This document shows positions 13,070-25,145 of a stretch of DNA of 64,000 nt, piece by piece. Below the pieces are notes generated by a model. The model worked only from the letters and a program-made list of their open reading frames with translations. It searched no databases and was not told where the DNA came from. Source of the DNA: Ginglymostoma cirratum (Eukaryota); assembly GCA_024137785.1 (NCBI GenBank), contig JAHRHZ010000116.1, forward strand, positions 310,001 to 374,000, written 5' to 3'. Made by a program: the position numbers and the translations under genes. Positions within the stretch are counted from its first letter, which is position 1. Every line of letters begins with the position of its first letter.

Positions 13070-13435
13070 TGGAGACATTGGTGTAACGGTATTATCGCTG
13101 AATTGTTAATCCAGAGACCCACGTAATGTTCTTGGGACCAGGGCTCGAATCGCACCACGGAAGATGGGTGAGTTTGAACTCAGTAAAATATCTGGAGTTA
13201 AGAGTGCAATGATGAACCATGAATCCATTGCTGGCTGTCTGGAAAATACCATCTGGTTCCTTAATGTCCTTGAGGGAAAGAAACTGCCATCCTTTCCTGG
13301 TCTGGCCTACATGTGACACCAGACCCACAGCATTGTTGTTGACTCTTAACTGCCCTCTGGGCAACTAACGATGGGCAATAAATGCTGCCTGGTCAGTGAA
13401 GCCACCATCCCATGAATGAATAAAGAGAAAAAAAA
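13070..13435 (+). mobile_element. tRNA-headed SINE (family shared with 59890-60230)
   Basis: B-box-like gggctcgaatcgcacc; body ggaaagaaactgccatcc..ggtctggcctacatgtgac..cagacccacagc; tail gatgggcaataaatgctg..atgaatgaataaa. Confidence 0.8.
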
Positions 13436-16002
13436 ATCCTCAGTCCACAATCGCAAGCTTCCACATCGAGAAAGACAAGGTCCAAAGAGACATAAACAGA
13501 TAGCCAGACAGTTGTGAGGGTGACAATCCTATGCTTCTAAGAGGTGTGTCTTTTCCTTTTTCATGAAGGAAGGATGAGACAGAGGCGCAGAGCACTCTGA
13601 TCCAAAGTTAATAAAGTTATATCTTGTGATTCCGTGTTGGATTTTAAGTTAGGACAATAGAAACAGCCTGAACATTGGGGGCCTAGCTCCCAATGAGCCA
13701 GGGGTGCATTTTTCTTTCAAGTTAACTTTCTGTAACAGTTGCTGTAGACTTGAAGCTGGATGTGGAATCTTTTATTATCTTCCCTGTTTCAGATAAAAGC
13801 TGGCTTTGTCTTTCTGCTGCTAGAATTGCATTTGAGACTTTTGCTTTCTAAATTTGCCTTTGCCAAGTGTGTGTTGATGAAACGCTACTACACTGGAGCA
13901 TTTATTTAGTAGTTGTTAACATCATAAATGATTTTGTTCAACATTTCTATCGAGTTACTGCTAATCAACTTCTCTTTTTTTCTGTATTTTCACTGTAGTG
14001 TAAAAATGAAACACGTTTTGTTTATGTCAACAGTTTGACGAATGAAATTGCAACAGGAATGCAACGCTTTACATTTCCTTTTAACATATAATTAGAAAAG
14101 TTTCTCGGCTATCTTCTTAATATATTGTGAGGCATCTGATCTGTTACGTTAAATGATTTATCCGCATATGACCCAATATTGGAACCTGCAACAAAAACAG
14201 TTTTGGTTCACTGTTCAGTCTGATGAGTCTGGAATCTCATTAAGACACTGGGGAGTCACCCAGCGTTTGTGCAGAGAGGGACAAACTGGCGAATTTATTC
14301 ACTATCTGGAGCTTGACAGGGAGAGGGGAAAAAGTTATTGCGAAATCAGCTTAATAGGCAGAACATCTTGTGTGTTTCTGCACAGCAATCCGAGGCTGTG
14401 AGTCTGAGTGTTGCTTGCACCAGGTTAAATAACAATCACTCCAGATGGACTCGCAGTAAAAGTTCAAATTCATTGCTTCTCTTCCTGTCTTAACATCTGA
14501 GGTCTGTGGCGGGGTTACAAAATCTCCATAACCCAGGATTGAAAAGCAACATCAGCATTGAAAAGAATATGTTGGTTGACATTTCAAATTATCTTTCAAA
14601 CCATGTTAGTGAAATAAGAGAAAAGAAGGAATGTGTTTAATTCACAATGATCTGTCAGAAAGGCACCAAACAAAACTGAGACCCCAAGCAGAGGCACAGT
14701 GGTGCAACAGATCATTCAATTAAGGCGTAACAAAAACAGAAGTGGTAGTGGTCGGGATGCTATACTTAGGGCTACAGATAACACCCTTTGCGAGCAGATT
14801 CGACAGTCTGGTATTTTTTGTTGCTTGCCTGTGCCAAGGTAAGGGAGATGTTGAAACGGTTTTAAGTGAAATTGGATTGGGCGGGGGGACGATCTAGCTG
14901 TCTTCCTTGTTGGGAAATTGTAGGCAGGAGATCATGATTGGGGAATATGAGGAATTAGGAACAAATTTAAAGAACATTATCTCAAGGGATTAATTGTTAG
15001 TTTATTACCAGAGCCAGGGGTAAATTGGCACAGAGATACATAAACTGGAGAAGGAAACACGTGGTTAAAAGAAACTTGTGGGAAAGAGCAGTATAATTTC
15101 ATGAGGCACTGGTATCGGCATTAGTACCGAAAGGAGTTGAATCATTGGGGTGAGCTCCACCTGTACCCACCTACGACAAAGACCAGGATGATGGCAGAAC
15201 GGATAAATACGGTCGTCACAAGGGCTTTAAACAAGCAAAAGGAGTTCGTGTCTCAAGAGAGTTTCTTGAAATTTCCAGAAAACATAACAGGACAGTGAAT
15301 ATGAAAACTGTCAAGAATCCAACTTCAGGTAGAGCAGATATGGGGACAACTATGGTAAGTTCGTGGTCAACACAGCACTGAGGATATATCATTTAGATTC
15401 ACACAGTATATGAGAAAAGGTAAACAAGCTTGTGGCGCAAATAATGTTTTTGGGGAATCGATGTTGTAGGCATCATAAGCAATGACAGCAAGAGGATCAA
15501 GGTTAAGAACTAAATATCCAAGGATGCACGTCATTTTGAAAGGACAGGCGGATGGACGGTGACGAGGGGCTTATCTTTCTGGTAAGAAGTGAAGTCGAAT
15601 CTAAACAATACGGATCGGATGTTTTGCAGAATTTGTGTGAAATGAGTTGTGACACCTAAAAGAAATAAAGAGACCTTGACGAGAGTTATGTGCAGGCCCC
15701 TAGCAGTTATCAAGTTGTGAGGCAGAAAATAAATAAGTGCATGTAATAAGAATGTATGAAAGACACTACTATACTATACTGGAGTGCTTTAATGCACATG
15801 TGGACTGAAAAAAATCAGTTTGTTTACGGAGACCAAGACAAATTTTCGAGTTGACCTTTTGTTTTGGAGAAACGTCTGGTAGAGTCTACTGGGGAACTGA
15901 CAATTCGGAATTTGACGATGTATACGCGACAAACTTCTTCAGGAAACTTCAGTTGAATTAACATCTAGGGGGAAATGATCAAAACAAGTTAGTATTCACA
16001 CT

Positions 16003-17509
16003 GAGAGAAATGGAACTGCTGATTCTGGAGATTCTGAGATAACAAGGTGTCGAGCTGGATGAACACAGCAGGACAGGAAGCATCAGAGCAGCAGGAAAAC
16101 TAATATTTCGCGTTTGGACCCTTCTTCAGAAATGGAGGAGGGGAAGGGGTATCTGAAATAGATAGAGACAGGAGAAGGCAATGATAGAAGGTGGATAGAG
16201 TATAAGTTGAGAGAAGACGGACAGGTCAAGGAGGTGGGGATGACGCCAGCATATGTGAGTGTAAGTAGGGCGTTGGGATGAGGTTTGGTCAGTGAGTAGG
16301 GAGGGGCGGTAGATAGGAGGGAAGACGGACAGGTAAAGGAGACGGGACTGAGTCTCGTAGGTAGGAAATGGGGGTGGGTGTTGGTCAGGATGAGGTCGGG
16401 GTGAGGAGAGAATGAAGCTTGTGAAGTCCACATTGATAACATTGAGCTGCAAGGTTTCCCAAGAGGAATATCAGAACTCCAGTTTCAATGCATAATTCTC
16501 GTCCACTTACATCACCTGCAAAATGACCCCACTACCAAGGATACATTTTCCTCTCCACCCTTATCTGCCTTCGGGAGGGGCCGCTATTTCCGTGACTCCC
16601 TCGTCCGCTCCACACTCCCCACTAGCCCCAGCACCCCTGGCACTTTTTCCTGCATCCGCAGGAAGTGCTATGCCTGCCACTACAAGTCCCCCCTCACCTC
16701 CATTTCAGGCCCTAAGAAAACCTTAAACACTAAACAGATGTTCACCTGCACATTTGCTTATGTGGTATATTGTGTGCACTGCTCCCGATGTGGCCTCCTC
16801 TACACCAGAGAAACCGAGCGAAGGCTTGGAGACTGCTTTGTGGAGCACCTATGCTCAGTTTGTAACCAACGACAACACCTCTTGAGTCGCGAACCTCTTC
16901 AACTCCCCCTCCCACTTATTGGACAACATGTTCATCCTGGGCATCCTCCAGTGCCACAGCGATGTCACGCGAAGGCTGGAGGAACAACACCTCATATTCC
17001 ACTTGGGAATGTTGCGTCCCAATGGTGTCAAAGTGTACTTCACTAGCTTCAAATTCTCCCCACCCCGACCTCATCCCAAGACCAGCCCGTATCGTCCCCG
17101 CCCCCTTGAGCTGTCCGTCTTTTCTCCCACCTATCCACTCCTCCCAACTCACTGACCAACACCCACCCCGACTTCCTGTCTACTAGCAGCATCCTCCGCT
17201 CCTTGACTTATCTGTCTTCCCTCCCATCTACCCGCCTCTCCCTCCTCACTGACCAGACCCCATCCCAACTCCCTACCTACACTCAACTTTACTCGTGTCA
17301 TCCCCACCTTCTTGATCTGCCCATCTTCTCTCCACCTATCGGTTCCTCTATCCACCTTCTATCATCGCCTCCAGCCTCTCTATTTAATTCAGACCCTCCT
17401 TCCCCTCCCCCATTTCTGAAGAAGAGTCCAGACCCGAAACGTTAGCTTTCCTGCTTCTCTGATGCTGCCTGACCTGCTGTGTTCATCCAGCTGTACACCT
17501 TGTTATCTA
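16003..17509 (+). mobile_element. non-autonomous Penelope-like element with inverted pseudo-LTRs
   Basis: GIY-YIG remnant (VVYCVHCSRCGLLYTRETERRLGDCFVEHL; RRLEEQHLIFHLGMLRP); left arm about 16010-16460 is the reverse complement of the right end; 12-bp TSD agtattcacact (15991-16002) / agtattcactct (17510-17521). Confidence 0.9.
17416..17444 (+). ncRNA. minimal type I hammerhead ribozyme motif in Penelope pseudo-LTR
   Basis: CTGAAGA-agagtccagaccc-GAAAC-GTTA: conserved core, imperfect short stem II, palindromic AACGTT stem III. Confidence 0.6.
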
Positions 17510-18698
17510 AGTATTCACTCTGCAAGTTTAGAGGGAGGAGCTGGAAACAGATATAACGGTGTTACAATTGAGTAAATGTAACTACAGAGACTGGAACGAT
17601 GAGCCCACCAGAATTGATTGGAATGGAAACATAACAGTGATGGCTGTGAACAGCAATAACTGAGGTTTCTGGGGTTAATTCGAGAGGCACAGTAGATATA
17701 GTCCATGATGTGAAAAGAAACATCGAAAGGGGAGGACGAGGCAATCATGGGTGACAACAGAACGCCATAAAAACAAATCAAAAAAGAAACACACATTTCA
17801 GTGATGAAAAGTTGGAAGCTATGGGACTTGGAACACTTGAAAGAACAAAGGACGACTAAAAAAGACGCAGCACGAGAGTAGGCGAGATAGTCTTGTAAAC
17901 GAAGTTTATATGTGCATTTTTCGACATGCAATAGTTCATAGAGGCTCAACAATGGAAATTGTACTGATGTAAAATGAATATGGAGAAGTAGATTTGTGGC
18001 AACAAAAATGGCAGAGGAGCTGAAAAAGGCAATTTGCATATGCCTGCATAATGTACGGCATCAGTAGCTGACTAGATCTTCAGGAGAGTTAAAGGGCAGA
18101 GGTGGATATAATGGTCATCACGAAGATGAGGTTTCTAGGGAAGCAAAATCGTTTGAAACTGGAGAAACAAATCAGGCTGCAGGGATTACACACAAGGTTA
18201 TAGAGGAAATAGCTGAAGAGATTTTGGAGACGTTGGCAGTAACCCTTCACAAATCACTGGAAACAGGAGTTATCCCAGAGGAGATGAAAATGGCGAATTG
18301 GAAGCCCTATTTAAGAAAGGAAAGAGGCAAAAGTTTTGAAAATATGGGCTGGTTAGCCTGAGCTCGGTTCTTAGTAAGATTTTAGAGTCTTATGAATAAC
18401 ATAAAAGGTCATTTGGCAGTTAGCAAGGCAAAATCAATTATAGAGTTCACTTAGTGAAGAATAGCTGACAACTTCAGAGACTATTAACACTGTGCAAGGC
18501 GCTCGTCAGACTTCATTAAAAGAATTGTGAGCAGTTTTGAGGCCCTTATCTAGTGAGCATGTAGTGGCCTTGGAGGGAGACTAGAAGAGGATTAAAAGAA
18601 TGATCCCAGGAATTAAGAGCTTGTCATGTGGGGAGCAGTTGAGGACACTGGTTTTGTATTCGATGGAATTTTGAAGAATGAGTAGGAATATTCATTGA

Positions 18699-18869
18699 TG
18701 GGAAATGTGAACAGTATAGATCCAAGAATGTCACAGGAAACCAGTTCTCTTACGTCCCGGGGTCGGCTCCATTCAAGCTATTCGGTGTCCTCTCTGTTGA
18801 CGAGTTTTCCAATTGGCCCAATGCTGAGCTGAGGTTTGGATTCCGAGTGTGCATTCCGAATGCCATTAC
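18699..18869 (+). other. stop-free 171-bp fragment of the unidentified gene family inserted inside CR1
   Basis: Reads GKCEQYRSKNVTGNQFSYVPGSAPFKLFGVLSVDEFSNWPNAELRFGFRVCIPNAI; CR1-like sequence breaks at cattga and resumes at aacttgcag; nucleotide match to 19672-19722. Confidence 0.65.
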
Positions 18870-19274
18870 AACTTGCAGACTACTGAGAGTCCGAAATAGC
18901 GGGCAAGTTCAGAAAATGCCTCCTCTATTAAGAGACATTAGGCCCGAGGGCAGAGCCTCAGAGTGAACGGACAACTGTTTACAACTGAGATCAGGAGGAT
19001 CTTCTTCAGCCAGAGGGTTGTGAATCTGTGGAACTCATTGCAGCAGACTGCTGTGGAGTGCAAATCATCGAGCGATTGTAAGACAGAGGCATATAGATTT
19101 CTCGTTCTCAAAGAGGATTGAAAGTTACAGAGAAAATACAAAAGAATGGTATTAAGAAACATACCAGTCAAGATCAAAAGACAGTATAAAATCGATTTGA
19201 GTTAGTGACCTAGTTCTGCTCGTATTTTTACATACATAACGTTCTGCCTGTGCCCTTTAAAACGTGCCCTATTC

Positions 19275-19743
19275 ATGGGGAAAAGCTATTCCGACAGACT
19301 CACTTTCCCGACACCCACTGCCTCCCACTCCACACCAAAGCCAAATTCCAGCAACATAGTTGGAGAAGGATCGAGCTTGCGCAGGGAAATCTCAAGGCTG
19401 TTTGAACCTGTTGCCTTAACTCTTCGGCACGAATAATTAAACCTGAATGCTCTCGAACCACCAAATTTGCTGTTAGCAGTTGAATCCAATGGCACATTCC
19501 ATAGAGACGGATGATTGGAAACTTGGTACGATCCCTTAAAGCAGGCTGTCAGCGAATCAAAGCTTCAGCTTGCTGCTCCATGAATGACAACTTTCCTCTA
19601 TCGATTTTACATTTCCAAAATGAAAGGTGGAGTGCTCATTAGTAGGAAATGAGAGCAGTCTCATGCCACCCATGTCACAGGAAACCAGTTTTCCTACAAC
19701 CCAGGGCCCTCTCCATTCAAGTGTTTCAGCAGGAAACCCATGG
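19275..19743 (+). pseudogene. relic of unidentified repeated-domain gene family
   Basis: One frame with 4 scattered stops, including ...NGTFHRDG*LETWYDPLKQAVSESKLQLAAP*MTTFLYRFYISKMKGGVLISRK*EQSHATHVTGNQFSYNPGPSPFK; colinear with 10380-10575; ends at the Rex1 insertion. Confidence 0.6.
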
Positions 19744-19744
19744 T

Positions 19745-20680
19745 TTGATTTGATTTGTTTCATTATTGCCACATGTGCTTAGGAACATTAAAAGTATTGT
19801 TTTGCATGCTATCCAGTGCAGTCATGCTTTAGGTAAGTATATCAGCGTAATAGAACAGGACGCAGAATATCGTGTTACAGGTGTAGAGAAAGTTCAACTC
19901 AAATATATGAAAGGTAAGTTTATAGTTCTGATTAGCAAAAAAGAAACAGGGAAGCTGGAAGAGGGTGGAAGAGAGTATAGCCGAGGTGGGAGGAATCTTT
20001 GATTGTGTTGGCTATTTTTCCGAGGCAGCAGGAAGTACAGACGAAGTCAATGGGAAGAAAGCTGTTTTTCAGGGACTGGGCTCCATTCACAAACCTGCAA
20101 TTAATTGCAGTCTTGGGCAGAGCTGTTGCCACACCAAGCTTTGATACATCCAGATACGGCGACTTCTATTGTGCATTTATAAAAATTGGTAAGAACCATT
20201 ATTGATATGCTGAATATCCTAAGTAATATAAGGAAGTTAAGGCGTTGGTGTGCTTCCTTGACGATAGTGTCGACGTTGATGGACCAGGATTGGTCTTCTG
20301 TAAGATTTGCTTCTTGTAACTTGAAATGTACTAACACCTTCACCTCAGCACTGTTGGAACAGACAGTGGCGTGTCCTCTGCTCTGATTCCTGAAGTCAAT
20401 AACGAGCTCCTTCGTGTGGCTGAGATTGAAGGCGTGTTTATTTTCTTGAAACCATCCCACTGAGCTGTATCTTTCTTCTATTCTGCCTAGTCGTTGTTTG
20501 AGATCCAACCCACTATATCACTGACATCAACAAATTTGTGAATAGGGGTAGACTTGAATTTGACCACACATGCCATAATCGTATGAGGCATATTGTAAGG
20601 GGCTAAGTAGGCGGCCTTGTGGGGCACTGGTGTTGAGGACTATTGTGGAGGCGGTGTTTTTACCATCCACTCTGATTTTG
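19745..20680 (-). mobile_element. Rex1/Babar-type LINE 3' fragment
   Basis: ORF 20101-20508(-): WFQEN..N.SHTKELVIDFR...EDQSWSINVDTIVKEAHQRLNFL..LR.F...LTNFYKCTIE...GCI.AW.GN, the Rex1 RT C-terminus; short tandem tail near 19745. Confidence 0.85.
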
Positions 20681-21255
20681 ATGCAGAATTTTGTTTGTTA
20701 TGATGGTTTTATTCAACTGTTCGTGAGGAATGATGTTAGCCCGACAATCAAAGTAATGGCAATCGTGGTTCTAATGAAAACTCATTGATAGATCAAACAA
20801 TTATTTTAGTGGCTTACTCTGTTAGACGATTTTACCCTCTGTGGCCAGGTTACGTTTTGTTGCATAGTCCTATTGATCTTCAATAGGGATGTTCTGCTCC
20901 AAGTCCTGAGAATTTGCCGGTGCAACACTTGCAATGTTTTTGGATTCCCCAATAATGTGAACTTTGGCTGAATGGCAATCTCAAAACAGGCTGAAGATGA
21001 AGATGGGGAGAAGGAATAAGTGTACCACAAATTGAGAGACAGAATCCTATTTTGAAATAAAACCTATTATCGGGAAAGAAAAATAAAGAATGCTTGTTAG
21101 ATTATGAGAATATACTTCATGTAGAAGCACAGATGTGTAGGGCAGCCCTTTAAAAAAAAATCACAGAAATTTCATCTGCTGTTGAAATACTGAAATTAAG
21201 GAGGCAAAATGGATTTTAGTCTTCTTTCAAAAGCCAAAAAAAGTACAGCAGACAG

Positions 21256-22224
21256 TATGTAACAAGGTGTGGAGCTGGATGAACACAGCAGGCCAAGCAG
21301 CATCACAGGAGCAGGAAAGCTGACGTTTTCGGTCTAGACCCTCCCTCAGAAATAGGGGAAGGGTGGGGGTTTCTGAAATAAATAGGGAGAGAGGAAGAGG
21401 GGGGTAGAAGATGAATAAAGTCGAAGATAGGTGGAGAGGAGACAGACAGTCAAAGAGACGGGGTTGTAACCATCCACCTACATATCTGCTAATGTGGTAT
21501 ACTGTATCCACTGTTCCCGATGTGGCCTCCTCTGCATCGGGGAAACCAAGCGGAGGTCTGGGGACCACTTTGTGGAACACCTACGCTGGGTTCACGACAT
21601 GTGTCTGCACCGCCCAGTCACGAACCGTTTCAACTCCCCCTCCCACTCCTTGGACAATTTGTCCATCCTAGTCCTCCTGTAGTACCACAATGATGCCACC
21701 CGAAGGTTGCAAGAACAGCATCTCATATTTCACTTGGGAACCATGCAGCCCAATGGCATCAAAGTGGACTTCACAAGCTTCAACATCTCCCCTCCCTCGA
21801 CGGCATCCCAAAACCAACCCATCTCGTCCCTGCCTCCTTAACCTGTCCTCCTTCCCAAGTATCCACTCGTCCCACCTTAAACTCACCCCCATCTCCTACC
21901 TACCATACTCATCCTGCGTCCTTGGCCTGTCCGTCCTCCCTGGACTGACGTATCCCCGACCTAACTCCCCACCTACACTCACCTTTACGGGATCCATCTC
22001 CGCCTCTTTGACCAGTCTGTCTCTTCTCCAACTATCTTTTCCTTTATACATCTTCTATCCTATTTATTTAAGAATCACCTTCTCCTTCCTCATTTCCGAA
22101 GAAGGGTCTAGACCCGAAACGTCAGCTTTCCTGCTCTTATAAAGTAGCTTGGCCTGCTGTGTTCAACCAGCTCTACACTTTGTTATACCAGATTCTCCTG
22201 CAACGGCAGTTCCTACTATCTCTC
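21256..22224 (+). mobile_element. non-autonomous Penelope-like element with inverted pseudo-LTRs
   Basis: VYCIHCSRCGLLCIGETKRR.GDHFVEHL GIY-YIG remnant; inverted ends; exact 12-bp TSD tacagcagacag at 21244-21255 and 22225-22236. Confidence 0.92.
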
Positions 22225-22488
22225 TACAGCAGACAGAACACACGATTTTATTTGTCAGGGTTTGTAAGAGACCGCACCGAGTGAATAGTGTGCAACTTCA
22301 ATCTCAGTCATTAACAAAACGTATATTTGAGGTAGAAGCTTGATTAAAACGGTTAGTGTATAATGTTGAAGAAAGACTGGGGGCCATATTACACTGTCGT
22401 GCTCCCCTTAATTAAAGTCATATGACCGTGCAGGACACAAAGACAAATGGATCTTGAAAAAAGTGATGGAAGGGATTGTAGAAGGTGT

Positions 22489-22528
<40 letters not shown>

Positions 22529-22535
22529 AGAGAGA
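22489..22535. repeat. (GA)n microsatellite
   Basis: Directly visible imperfect AG dinucleotide run. Confidence 0.95.
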
Positions 22536-23329
22536 CCAATAGGACGAGATCGAAAACAGTGTAAGTGGAAGAGTGGAATGGTAGAACTGATGGGTTTAAT
22601 GTAGAAAACAGGGATGGAGTGGCACAGACAGAGGGCGAGCTGGACAGAAAGTATAGGACTGGAAGAGACAAAATGGAAATGGGAAAAACCGAGAAAACTA
22701 CCGTCCCCCACAGAAAAGTATCAGGCTAAATAGTAATGCAAAATTCAAAATGCAAGATAATGCTCCACTAACTGCGCAGTTACGAATCATATTTTGATGG
22801 TCCCACAAACGGCATCGCAACGACAATTGAAAGGACATCTCGCAGTCTATTTGTTTCAATGTTACCATCTGTATCCGCCATTTGATAGTGCTTGTGCTTC
22901 CTTCGGATTACTCTCTAGATTTTGATCCCTACAAAAGTAGCCAGCAACCTTTAAAGGCGTGATAGATTCATAGTAACCTGTGGAACGAACTAAGGAACGA
23001 TTGGTATGAAACGAAAATTGAAATTGCATGTGTAACAATGCGGTATACGTCAGAAAATCATACATCATTCTGAAAGGAATTAAATGCTGTTGTACCATAT
23101 TTAATGTAGAATGGAATATTTTATTTATTTGGCACGTGTATTATGAACTTTTGGCAGTGAAGTCTTCTCCCTAACAAAAGAGGAAAAGAGAGGAAAATAA
23201 CAATCTTGCATTGCATGAACAGCATTATCGCTGCTGAATCCATAAATATCCGGAATGTTCTGAATCGCGTAACATTCTTGACATCATTTCATGTTTAGGT
23301 CCTAATCAAAGGTTTAATCTTGCAAATCT

Positions 23330-23950
23330 CGTCTGAACCAATTTTGTATCTATTGGGAGAGTACTGAAGTTCTGGAATCTTCAACTGGGAAACTAAGTTG
23401 GTGCCTGCTCGACATGTCCAGGATTTTGGGATGTGGTAGGATAAGGATTTTCTCGAAGAGGTAGTGGAACTATGATGCAGAAGAGCAGGGAAGCAATCCT
23501 TATTGTCGAGCATCAAGAAGCATAAATGAAATTGCTGTTCTGGACATTCTCTCTTGGCTTTTTGTGCCTGCTTCTCACGGTAAAGTTGCTAAATGATTTC
23601 ATACATCATGTACTTGTCAGAACGGTTCACCACAAAACCGAAATGTTAAGTAGCCCCATTATCGCTCTCCAGTGAGCAACAGGGCAGTTGAATATATAAA
23701 GGTCAGTATGCTGAAGACACTCCATCGCTTAACTGCTTACATCTGTATGTTACCACCTAGCTGAGCGGTGTTAATGGTGCTGTAACAGCAGAAGGCGGAA
23801 ATCCCACTGTCAGCGAATTGGCCGACCCTGGGCTGTCCTTAAGAAGGAACTACGACCACTTTGATGCATTCAGTTCCATCCACGACATGTTATTCTTCAG
23901 AATCCCAGCAGTGTTATTGTTAGGAATTTTCGTTTCTCCCCCACTGCCAC
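23330..23950 (+). pseudogene. relic of unidentified repeated-domain gene family (about two units)
   Basis: QY.......N....YVTT*LSGVNGAVTAEGGNPTVS(fs)NWP parallels QY......NQFSYVPG....FGVLSVDEFSNWP; AEEQGSNP (~23480) and AEGGNP (~23790) are about 310 nt apart. Confidence 0.4.
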
Positions 23951-25009
23951 AATTTGAAGCATTTTTAGTTGTCATTCAGTTACTCAGTACCACAAAATAA
24001 CTGCTCGCATCCTGAAACCTCGAATATTTTATGCCACTTTAAATATTTATAGCCTCTCAGATACCGTGCTTACCCCGTCACAGACGCCCTCAGTTTCAGA
24101 ATCCAAAATATCCCACTCACTCCCTCCATCAATACACTTAATCACAAAGTTATATTACTGTTTACGTCAGAACTTCAGTGTCTCACTGTTAAGTTTCAAA
24201 TTGATATTCTCGCATTCTGTTGTTCTTCCTCTGAACACGCTCTTAAGTTCATCGATGTCCCTTCGCTGGTTGTTTTCAGCACACTTGGCTGAACTCATTC
24301 TAAACTACTTCCGTCTCCAACGAATGATGTTATTTCTTCAAAAGCACAGAGCAAAGCACGGAACAGGGCACACTGTACGTCTCATTAAAGACACAATAAC
24401 TATCTCATGTCCTAAAGCCCTAATTATCTGTCCAATTATATTAAGCGTCAAGACCTTCAGCCTCCACTTTGTGCTGTTGTGTCTCAATTGGTACAAACGC
24501 AAATACATTCTGCAGGGACATGATGCCCAGACAGCGTCAATAGAGATATTTTCCTGGAATACTGCAAATGCCTAGTCTACACAGTCAGATTTTGGAAGTT
24601 TGAGTGCAGCTGTAACACAGACACCGCAAATGAACCCTATCGCATAGTACAAAACACTAATTGGTATGTAATGAGATAGTAACCAACTGATGCCTAAAAC
24701 TTTGCCGGTTTTCTTTATCACCTTGTCCAATGGGTCATCTTTTGTTGCCCATCAGTTGAGAAGATGGCGCTGAGTTGCCTCCTTGAACAACTTCAGGAAC
24801 ATCAAAAATGTTGTTAGAAATGGACCTGTATGAGTGCAAACCATCCACAGTGAAGGAGTAGTGAAATATTTCCCAGTCAGAATGGTAGTTCAATTGGAGG
24901 TCAACATACAGAGGGCGATTTGCACCTGTACGTGTTGTTTATTTCTTTCTGGATGAAAATAATCATGGGTTTGTAATGTTTTGTTTAAGGAGTGTTTGCC
25001 AGTTGCTTT

Positions 25010-25145
25010 AGAGATAAAGGTACTGCAGATGCTGGAGAATCCGAGATAACAAGGCGTGGGGCTGGATGAACACAGCAGGCCAAGCAGCATCATAGGAGAA
25101 GGAAAACTTGACGTTTCGGGCCTAGAACCTTCATCAGAAATGTCG
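25010..25145 (-). mobile_element. solo Penelope pseudo-LTR end inserted in a minus-strand LINE relic (about 24720-25600)
   Basis: Same terminal sequence (gagataacaagg..gctggatgaacacagcaggcc) as the elements at 16.0 and 21.3 kb. Confidence 0.8.
25109..25137 (-). ncRNA. minimal hammerhead ribozyme motif with intact core
   Basis: Minus strand reads CATTT-CTGATGA-aggttctaggccc-GAAAC-GTC-AAGT: canonical CUGAUGA, GAAA and GUC triplet; stem I AUUU/AAGU is possible; stem II imperfect. Confidence 0.65.

Larger units (their letters stand above)
14750..19230 (+). mobile_element. near full-length degraded CR1 LINE (ORF1 SGNH-esterase remnant, EN and RT remnants) with nested insertions
   Basis: VVVVG/DAILRATDN..C....FCCLP near 14780-14830 is the GDS-type ORF1 esterase; EN and RT relics follow; 3' end near 19200; interrupted at 16003-17509 and 18699-18869. 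Confidence 0.72.

Noticed and set aside
13515-14150. Possible old solo LTR here and at about 30400-31000 (-)
   Set aside because: Composition is suggestive, but I could not define both termini or a TSD.
17515-18039. 174-aa minus-strand ORF
   Set aside because: Antisense shadow of a purine-rich degraded CR1 ORF2; no recognisable protein.
24066-24575. 169-aa plus-strand ORF
   Set aside because: Non-ATG start, S/L-rich, no motifs or splice support; probably antisense to an old repeat.
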